32,000 nt of DNA. Origin: Erysipelotrichaceae bacterium OH741_COT-311 (lineage in GTDB: Bacteria; Bacillota_I; Bacilli_A; Erysipelotrichales; Erysipelotrichaceae). Under the pieces are notes generated by a model. That model was not told the DNA's origin. It worked only from the letters and a program-made list of their open reading frames with translations, and made no database searches. The first letter of the stretch is position 1; each line of letters starts with the position of its first letter. The position numbers and the translations under genes were made by a program. This document shows, piece by piece, positions 26,021 through 32,000 of this stretch. The stretch is taken from contig RQZE01000006.1 of NCBI GenBank assembly GCA_003858585.1, positions 1 to 32,000 on the forward strand, in the 5' to 3' direction.

Positions 26021-27490
26021 ATGAATTTTTTATTTGAAATATGGAAATTTTTTGCCAGTAACATTCTAACCCAACCGGCTTATTTCATTGGGTTTATGGT
26101 TTTAGTAGGATACTTATTATTACGTAAACCGGTCTATGAAGCATTTGCAGGTTTTATTAAAGCAACGGTTGGTTATCTTATTTTAGGTGTTGGTTCTGGA
26201 GGATTAGTTAGTAACTTTAGACCAATTTTAGTTGGATTAAAAGATCGTTTTAATTTAGATGCAATGGTGATTGACCCATACTTTGGACAAAATGCGGTTC
26301 AAACAGGGATGGAAGAAGTATTTGGTCGTACCTTCTCACAAGTAATGTTGTTACTTCTTGTGGCATTTATTTTTAACTTATTATTAGTACGTTTTAAAAA
26401 GTTCACAAAACTTCGTGCCGTATTTACAACCGGGCATGTGCAAATGCAACAATCAGCAACAGCATTTTGGCTAATTTTATTCTGTTTCCCAGCGTTGGGT
26501 GATAATGTAACATTAGTGGTTATGGGGCTAGTGTTAGGTCTATATTGGGCAGTTGGTTCAAACTTAACAGTTGAAATTACACAAGATTTAACTGAGGGTG
26601 GAGGCTTCTGTGTGGCTCACCAACAAATGTTCGGTTTATATTTCTTCTCAAAATTATCAGAACGCTTTAAAGGTAAGAACTCTAAGCGTTTAGAAGATAT
26701 TCAACTTCCTGGTTGGTTGTCAATCTTTAATGAAAACATGGTTGCAACTTCCATCTTAATGTTAGTATTCTTTGGTATTATCTTAGCTGTTTTAGGTAAA
26801 CCATATTTAGTAGAACAAGGTTTCTTGAAAGCAGATAAAAACTTCTTCTTCTACATTACAACAACATGTTTTAACTTTGCAGTATATTTAGCAATCTTAC
26901 AATTAGGTGTTCGTACATTCGTTACAGAACTTACACAATCATTCCAAGGTATTTCGAACTCATTCTTACCGGGTGCAGTTCCAGGTATTGACTGCGCTGC
27001 AACGTATGGATTTGGATCTCCAAATGCCGTTACAGTAGGATTCTTAGCTGGTGCTTTTGGTCAATTCTTAGCTATCGTTGGATTAATTTTATTAAAATCT
27101 CCAACATTGGTTATTGCAGGTTTCGTTCCTGTGTTCTTCGATAATGCAACAATTGCTGTATTTGCAAATAATAAAGGTGGTATTAAAGCTGCCATCATCA
27201 TGCCATTTATTGCAGGGCTATGCCAAGTGTTAGGTTCAGCACTCATCGCTTCTTGGGTAGGATTAGCATCTTATGGTGGATACTTAGGTATGTGGGACTG
27301 GGCAGTTGTATGGCCAATCTTTACAGTAGTTATGAAGTACTTGAGTTATGCCGGTTTAGCAATCGTGATTATTACATTAATCGCAATTCCACAATTACAA
27401 TATCGTGCAAATCCGGATACATATTTCTTAATCACAGAAGATTATGATGCATATAAAGAAAAAATGGAAAGTAAGAAAGGGATGAAATAA
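26021..27490 (+). CDS. ulaA: Ascorbate-specific PTS enzyme IIC (SgaT/UlaA family)
   Basis: 489 aa polytopic membrane protein. The N-terminus FFASNILTQPAYFIGFMVLVGYLLL and overall pattern are typical of UlaA/SgaT. Confidence 0.92.
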   Translation: MNFLFEIWKFFASNILTQPAYFIGFMVLVGYLLLRKPVYEAFAGFIKATVGYLILGVGSGGLVSNFRPILVGLKDRFNLDAMVIDPYFGQNAVQTGMEEVFGRTFSQVMLLLLVAFIFNLLLVRFKKFTKLRAVFTTGHVQMQQSATAFWLILFCFPALGDNVTLVVMGLVLGLYWAVGSNLTVEITQDLTEGGGFCVAHQQMFGLYFFSKLSERFKGKNSKRLEDIQLPGWLSIFNENMVATSILMLVFFGIILAVLGKPYLVEQGFLKADKNFFFYITTTCFNFAVYLAILQLGVRTFVTELTQSFQGISNSFLPGAVPGIDCAATYGFGSPNAVTVGFLAGAFGQFLAIVGLILLKSPTLVIAGFVPVFFDNATIAVFANNKGGIKAAIIMPFIAGLCQVLGSALIASWVGLASYGGYLGMWDWAVVWPIFTVVMKYLSYAGLAIVIITLIAIPQLQYRANPDTYFLITEDYDAYKEKMESKKGMK

Positions 27491-27792
27491 TGTTAAAAAT
27501 ATTAGTTGCGTGTGCCAATGGTGCCGGGACATCGTTAATGATGAAAATGCGAGTGGAAAAGGCTACAAAGGATTTAAATCTTAAAGTACAAACCATTCAT
27601 CATTGTTCGCTTTCAGAAGGAAAAAGTGCTGCAAGTCAATATGATATCGTATTTTGTCCATTAAATTTTGTAAGTATGTTTGATGATGCTGCAAAAAAAG
27701 GTGTAAAGATTTGTGGTATGAAAAATGTCTTATCGGATAAAGAAGCTCAAGAGTTACTAAAGGCTTCTGGCTTAGTTGAGCTACATCAATAA
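27490..27792 (+). CDS. ulaB: Ascorbate-specific PTS enzyme IIB
   Basis: 100 aa; the start overlaps the ulaA stop. The N-terminal KILVACANGAGTSLMM carries the phospho-Cys loop. Confidence 0.9.
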   Translation: MLKILVACANGAGTSLMMKMRVEKATKDLNLKVQTIHHCSLSEGKSAASQYDIVFCPLNFVSMFDDAAKKGVKICGMKNVLSDKEAQELLKASGLVELHQ

Positions 27793-27798
27793 TCATTT

Positions 27799-27819
27799 AA
27801 GCTGCCAATTTGGCAGCTT
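27799..27819 (+). terminator. Intra-operon hairpin (weak terminator/attenuator or processing site) between ulaB and the downstream catabolic genes
   Basis: aagctgcca (27799-27807) pairs with tggcagctt (27811-27819): a 9-bp stem with a 3-nt loop, followed only by gtttatt, a poor U tract. Confidence 0.4.
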
Positions 27820-27840
27820 GTTTATTAAAAGGAGAATACA

Positions 27841-28866
27841 ATGAAAATTGAAAAAATACATTTAGATGATATAAGAAGATGCTATAGTGCAAGTCATATC
27901 ACAATTGATAATAAATTTTATGCCTTATTGGCAAGTGAAGATCCTAACAGTTTATGTATGGCATATTCCGGGAAAGATTTTAGTGAAAAAGAAGTGGTTT
28001 GGAAGGATCGTGGTGGCTGTATGTCGATTATTCCGATTCCGGGTAAAAATGGTGAGTTTTTGGCAGTAAATGAGTTTTATTTAAAAGTATCTCCAAGTCT
28101 AGCGAAGATTGTTTGGGGTAAAAAAACAGAAAACGGATGGGAAATAAAAGATTTATTTTCACTACCATATATTCATCGTTTTGATATTTACAATGTAAAT
28201 GGTGTAAATTATTTCATTGGCGCAACCATCGCCAAAGATAAACAACATAAAGAAGATTGGAGTTTACCGGGACAAATCTATGTAGCAAAACTTCCGGATG
28301 ATTTAACGCAAGAAATACATTTAGAAAAGATTTATGATGATTGTTATCGCAATCATGGATATGCTCAAGGTGTATATGAAGGAAAAGTATGTGGATACTT
28401 TGCATCGGATCAAGGAGTGGTGCGTGTTATGCCTCCGTATGATGGTAAATGGACGATTGAAAAAATCTTAGATGGAAACATCAGTGAAATCGCCTTTAGT
28501 GATGTCAATAACGATGGACAATTGGAAATGATGACGATTGAACCATTCCATGGCAATCAAATGAAAATCTATAAATTAGTAAATGGTAAGTATGAATTGG
28601 ATTACACGTATCCAACAGAAATTGATTTTGCACATACCTTAGTTGGTACAACTATCTGTGGTGTAAATAGTTTTGTTGGTGGTGTACGTCGTGTAGAAGC
28701 AGAATTATTTATTATTCAATACCACAATGGTCAATATGAGGTAACAATTGTTGAAAAGGGTGTGGGTCCTGCAAACTTAACAGTTGTAAACTTTGAAGAC
28801 GAAGACATCATCATTTCAGCAAATCATACAAAAGATGAAGCAGCTATTTATCGCATTACAAAGTAG
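27841..28866 (+). CDS. Uncharacterised 341-aa protein in the ulaD position (beta-rich; one FG-GAP-like Ca loop DVNNDGQLE)
   Basis: Strong AAGGAG RBS and tight operon spacing. There is no resemblance to the UlaD/SgbH (OMP-decarboxylase fold) sequence. The strand-like periodicity is repetitive (e.g. FLAVNEFY, YFIGATIA, VCGYFAS, EMMTIEPF), and DVNNDGQLE lies at nt 28501-28527. Confidence 0.6.
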   Translation: MKIEKIHLDDIRRCYSASHITIDNKFYALLASEDPNSLCMAYSGKDFSEKEVVWKDRGGCMSIIPIPGKNGEFLAVNEFYLKVSPSLAKIVWGKKTENGWEIKDLFSLPYIHRFDIYNVNGVNYFIGATIAKDKQHKEDWSLPGQIYVAKLPDDLTQEIHLEKIYDDCYRNHGYAQGVYEGKVCGYFASDQGVVRVMPPYDGKWTIEKILDGNISEIAFSDVNNDGQLEMMTIEPFHGNQMKIYKLVNGKYELDYTYPTEIDFAHTLVGTTICGVNSFVGGVRRVEAELFIIQYHNGQYEVTIVEKGVGPANLTVVNFEDEDIIISANHTKDEAAIYRITK

Positions 28867-28875
28867 GAGGTTTGT

Positions 28876-29571
28876 ATGTTAGAACAATTAAAAGAAGAAG
28901 TATTTCAAGCGAATTTACTATTACCAAAATATCAACTTGTAACCTTTACTTGGGGTAATGTATCAGCCATTGATCGTGAAAAAGGCTTAATTGTGATTAA
29001 ACCAAGTGGTGTAGAATATGAAACCATGAAAGTGGAAGATATGGTTGTTTGTGATATGGATGGAAATGTCGTGGAAGGACACTATAAACCATCAAGTGAT
29101 TTAATGACTCATCTTGAACTGTATAAGAATTTTAAAGATATTAAGGCAGTTGTACATACGCATTCAAGATATGCAACTTCATGGGCACAAGCCAATCAAG
29201 ACTTAGTGGCATTGGGTACAACGCATGCAGATTATTTCTATGGTAACATTCCTTGTACCGATAAAATGCGTGTGGATGCGATTCAAGGTGAATATGAACT
29301 TGAAACAGGAAAAACCATTGTTGAGGAGTTTACAAAGCGTAATATTGATCCAAACCAAATGCCGGCTGTATTAGTGGCAAGTCATGGTCCTTTTACATGG
29401 GGGAAGGATGCGAAAAATGCGGTATTTAACTCTGTAGTATTAGAAGAAGTTGCATTTATGGCAATGAATACACTCTTGATTAATAAAGAGGTTGGACGTA
29501 TGCAACAAGAATTATTAGACAAGCACTTTTTAAGAAAACATGGTCCGAGAGCTTACTATGGGCAAAAATAA
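28876..29571 (+). CDS. ulaF: L-ribulose-5-phosphate 4-epimerase
   Basis: 231 aa of the AraD/UlaF class II aldolase family: [31 protein letters not shown]...[12 protein letters not shown]...VHTHS. Confidence 0.92.
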   Translation: MLEQLKEEVFQANLLLPKYQLVTFTWGNVSAIDREKGLIVIKPSGVEYETMKVEDMVVCDMDGNVVEGHYKPSSDLMTHLELYKNFKDIKAVVHTHSRYATSWAQANQDLVALGTTHADYFYGNIPCTDKMRVDAIQGEYELETGKTIVEEFTKRNIDPNQMPAVLVASHGPFTWGKDAKNAVFNSVVLEEVAFMAMNTLLINKEVGRMQQELLDKHFLRKHGPRAYYGQK

Positions 29572-30418
29572 ACAATATCAATTAGGGCAATATGAAAAAA
29601 GTATGCCTAATGAGTTAACTTGGGAAGAAAAGTTAAGTTATTGTAAAGAGTTTGGATTTGATTACTTAGAGATGAGTATTGATGAAAGCGATGCGAAACT
29701 TGCACGTTTAAAGTGGAGTGATGATGAAATTGATGCCTTAAGACATCTCATGGAAGAAAAAGATCTTTATATTAAATCCATTTGTTTAAGTGGACATCGT
29801 CGTTTTCCATTAGGAGATGAAGATCCGGAAGTAACAAAAAAAGCACTTGAAATCATGCAGGAAGCCGTTGATTTAGCTTATAAACTAGGCGTTCCTATTA
29901 TTCAGTTGGCTGGTTATGATGTCTATTATAAAGAAGGCAATGAAAAGACAAAGGTAAATTTTATTGAAAATCTAAAAAAAGCCACACTTATGGCAGCAAA
30001 TAAAGGAATTCTTTTAGGCTTTGAAACGATGGAAACACCTTTTATGGATACGGTAGGTAAGTCAATGGAATATGTTAAGTTAGTCGATAGTCCATACTTA
30101 CATGTATATCCGGATTTTGGTAACTGTACCAATGCGGCATTGAAGTATGGGCATAACGTCTTAGATGATTATCGACTAGGAAAAGGGCATATCATTGCCG
30201 GACATTTAAAAGAAATGTTACCCGGGAAATATCGTGAAGTTCCTTTTGGAACGGGACAAACGGATTTCAAGGGTGGTATTGAAGTCTTGAAAGAATTAGG
30301 TGTTCGTCGTTTTGTTGGTGAGTTTTGGTATGTTGGTCAAGAAGACTGGCAGAAGGATTGTTACTTCGCAAATACTTTTTTAAGAAGTTATTTGGATGAA
30401 GTGTTTAAAGAAGATTAA
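29558..30418 (+). CDS. ulaE: L-ribulose-5-phosphate 3-epimerase (L-xylulose-5-P 3-epimerase)
   Basis: I place the start at ATG 29558 (14-nt overlap with ulaF). [17 protein letters not shown] aligns with E. coli UlaE MLSKQIPLGIYEKALP. It also has [35 protein letters not shown] and [10 protein letters not shown]. Confidence 0.92.
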   Translation: MGKNKQYQLGQYEKSMPNELTWEEKLSYCKEFGFDYLEMSIDESDAKLARLKWSDDEIDALRHLMEEKDLYIKSICLSGHRRFPLGDEDPEVTKKALEIMQEAVDLAYKLGVPIIQLAGYDVYYKEGNEKTKVNFIENLKKATLMAANKGILLGFETMETPFMDTVGKSMEYVKLVDSPYLHVYPDFGNCTNAALKYGHNVLDDYRLGKGHIIAGHLKEMLPGKYREVPFGTGQTDFKGGIEVLKELGVRRFVGEFWYVGQEDWQKDCYFANTFLRSYLDEVFKED

Positions 30419-30461
30419 AAAATAAGACCTTAAATTAAAAATAACATATAACAAAACACAC

Positions 30462-30511
30462 ATGAAAAAGGATATTATTCTAAATTATTATATTTAATAT
30501 CCTTTTTTCAT
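30462..30511. terminator. Bidirectional terminator / island boundary hairpin between ulaE and the convergent AT-rich genes
   Basis: atgaaaaaggatatt (30462-30476) pairs with aatatccttttttcat (30496-30511): a 15-bp inverted repeat (one extra T) with a 19-nt AT loop. Confidence 0.6.
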
Positions 30512-30543
30512 ATGAAGTTATATTATTTAAATCATTTTGAATT

Positions 30544-31452
30544 TTAAGGGTGAAGACTTAATATCCTTTTTTTATCATTATCATTCAATATTTTATGATA
30601 AATTTTAGTTTCATCTAAATCTAAATGTTTTATTGTGATTTTTTTGAATTTTTTAATTGCACATTGACATTTCTCACAAGGAAATTTAGAGACGTAAATT
30701 ATACCATTAAAGTTACTGTGGTTGTAAATAAAATTCTGTAAAATTTTTCTTTCACAACAATTGTAATGATTTATTTCGTATTTTATTGGAAGTTTATTAA
30801 AAAAGTTAGTGTCATTTAATTTTAGGTGTTTATAATAATAAAAAAAGCAGTAAGGATAATGATCAAAAAAAAATCTAAAATCATCAATAAAATATCGACA
30901 AATTCTTCTCTTAAAATCTTCATGCATATACATGTTATCAAAACATTCATGCATATACATGTTATCAAAACATTCATGCATATACATGTTATCAAAACAT
31001 TCATGCATATACATGTTATAAAAACATTCATGCATATACATGTTATAAAAACATTCATGCATATACATGTTATAAAAATATTCTGAATCATTTTTTAAAA
31101 ATTTTAGTTCAATATCACATGACGAGATATTTTCTAATGAATGAAATCTAATGGAATTATCATTTAGTGGGCAGTATAGTATATGTGCGTTCTTATATAT
31201 TTCGTTAATTATTTTTTTACCTTTTAATATCAAGTCAATAATATAGCGCTTTTCCTCTCTTTGATAAACATTGCCTTGATAATCTTCTGTCCCACTTATA
31301 GAAAAGTAGATTATACTCCTATTATCAGGGTCTTTAAAATCCTTTTTTAGAAGTGCAACACATTTATGTTTAATGATATTTTTAACTTCTATGTCATAAA
31401 GAGATTTTGTACTAAATAGTTCTTTAAGAAAATCTTCAAAAAAATCATTCAT
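30544..31452 (-). CDS. Hypothetical protein with C-terminal cytidine-deaminase-like zinc motif (CxE-x23-PCxxC) and an internal 9-aa x6 tandem repeat
   Basis: 302 aa with a GGAGA RBS. The start overlaps the upstream ORF stop (ATGAATGA, 31445-31452). The C-terminus reads ...IKYEINHYNCCERKILQNFIYNHSNFNGIIYVSKFPCEKCQCAIKKF (CCE codons 30751-30759; PCEKC 30667-30681). The middle reads (YNMYMHECF)x3(DNMYMHECF)x2 DNMYMHEDF. No signal peptide or TM helix. The DNA is extremely AT-rich. Confidence 0.6.
   Translation of the reverse strand: MNDFFEDFLKELFSTKSLYDIEVKNIIKHKCVALLKKDFKDPDNRSIIYFSISGTEDYQGNVYQREEKRYIIDLILKGKKIINEIYKNAHILYCPLNDNSIRFHSLENISSCDIELKFLKNDSEYFYNMYMHECFYNMYMHECFYNMYMHECFDNMYMHECFDNMYMHECFDNMYMHEDFKRRICRYFIDDFRFFFDHYPYCFFYYYKHLKLNDTNFFNKLPIKYEINHYNCCERKILQNFIYNHSNFNGIIYVSKFPCEKCQCAIKKFKKITIKHLDLDETKIYHKILNDNDKKRILSLHP
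30920..31081 (-). repeat. Tandem 27-bp repeat, 6 copies, in frame within the 30544-31452 CDS
   Basis: The plus-strand unit tcatgcatatacatgttatcaaaacat is identical in copies 1-3 (30920-31000). Copies 4-5 (31001-31054) differ by one C->A at unit position 20, changing Asp to Tyr on the coding strand. Copy 6 (31055-31081) carries that change plus one more substitution. All six frames stay open across the repeat. Confidence 0.97.
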
Positions 31453-32000
31453 TTATATCTTCTCCATTTCTATACTTAATTTGTAATTTAACATATATAT
31501 TATTATCTTCTTCTAAACTGAATTCAAACTCATTAAAATATTTAGATAAATTATAAGCATGGTGAACATATTCAGGATATTTAGAGTTATTAATATCATC
31601 AATTAATTTTGAATCTTTTTGTAAGATTTCGTTATAAATCTTCTTTGTAAAGTCAATATTACGATTTTCATTATTATCATCAGAATCTTCATTATGATTT
31701 ATTGTGTTATGACGACAGATTTCTGATAAAAGAATGAAAAATTTTCGAGAGTTATTTTCGTTATTATTTTCTTTTATATAATCATCATAAATTTTTCTCG
31801 CAAAATTACTGTATTGAATTGAGTTTATAGACAGATATAGTGTATCAATGAAAAAGTAAAAATCAGAAATAGACATTTTTATTGTATTATTATAGAAAGA
31901 ATCTTCATTTTGAGCAAGTTCTATCTCATAATTTACATTTGATTTTTCGTTTTGAGCAATTTTTGATAACAAATAAATATCAATAAGATGTGGTAAGTTA
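31445..32000 (-). CDS. Hypothetical Asn/Asp-rich protein, 5' end probably outside the window; translationally coupled to the deaminase-like gene
   Basis: The track start is a TTG at 31970-31972, but I translated the same frame to nt 31999 and it stays open (..NLPHLIDIY-LLSKIAQ..), so the gene is probably truncated by the window. I recognise no domain. It has a low-complexity stretch, NHNEDSDDNNENRN. Confidence 0.5.
   Translation of the reverse strand, partial: NLPHLIDIYLLSKIAQNEKSNVNYEIELAQNEDSFYNNTIKMSISDFYFFIDTLYLSINSIQYSNFARKIYDDYIKENNNENNSRKFFILLSEICRHNTINHNEDSDDNNENRNIDFTKKIYNEILQKDSKLIDDINNSKYPEYVHHAYNLSKYFNEFEFSLEEDNNIYVKLQIKYRNGEDINE

Noticed and set aside
27220-27447. 75-aa plus-strand ORF inside ulaA, plus 27887-28069 inside the 341-aa gene.
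   Set aside because: They are out-of-frame internal ORFs of well-supported genes.
30822-31091. ORFs reading through the 27-bp tandem repeat in other frames (30822-31091 minus, 30826-31086 plus).
   Set aside because: They are artefacts of the repeat being open in all frames. Only the 302-aa frame has an RBS, a coupled start and continues into non-repetitive sequence on both sides.
1-32000. Search for rRNA, tRNA, IS/transposase, integrase, prophage or cas genes flanking the accessory segments.
   Set aside because: I could recognise none by eye. The accessory regions (19.5-21.4 kb and beyond 30.4 kb) have no visible att-like direct repeats or recombinase genes inside the window, so I make no mobile-element call.

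Overview
32-kb chromosomal window from a low-GC Gram-positive bacterium. Bacillota-type signals are GGAGG ribosome-binding sites, an LPXTG-like sorting signal, a lipobox lipoprotein, uvrA-hprK-lgt linkage and CcpA-type cre boxes. Finer taxonomy cannot be determined from the sequence alone. Left to right: (i) a 2400-aa cell-wall-anchored multimodular GH31 glycosidase (100-7302, minus). (ii) A housekeeping block: membrane GDPD phosphodiesterase, small membrane protein, guaC, YigZ-family protein, MATE efflux pump, uvrA-hprK-lgt, OsmC-like protein, lipoprotein. (iii) A small accessory insert: a Fic/Doc-fold protein whose catalytic His is replaced (QIFLDGNKR), plus an AT-rich minimal Pol-beta/CD-NTase-like nucleotidyltransferase, preceded by a 4x TAGGGAAC operator-like array. 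(iv) An LMW protein-tyrosine phosphatase and an NfsA-like nitroreductase. (v) A DeoR-linked L-ascorbate (ula) PTS/catabolic operon with ulaG, C, A, B, F and E but no ulaD; an uncharacterised 341-aa protein sits in the ulaD slot. (vi) A very AT-rich right-hand island (about 30.4-32.0 kb, running off the window) with two translationally coupled minus-strand genes. The distal one carries a CxE-x23-PCxxC deaminase-type zinc motif and a near-perfect in-frame 27-bp x6 tandem repeat. A 3-repeat/2-spacer orphan CRISPR-like mini-array lies between guaC and the yigZ-family gene. I recognised no rRNA, tRNA, transposase, integrase or cas genes. The best candidates for an undescribed system are the deaminase-like island at the right edge and the Fic(H->Q)/NTase insert. 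Both are hypotheses from motifs read by eye and need HMM or structure searches.
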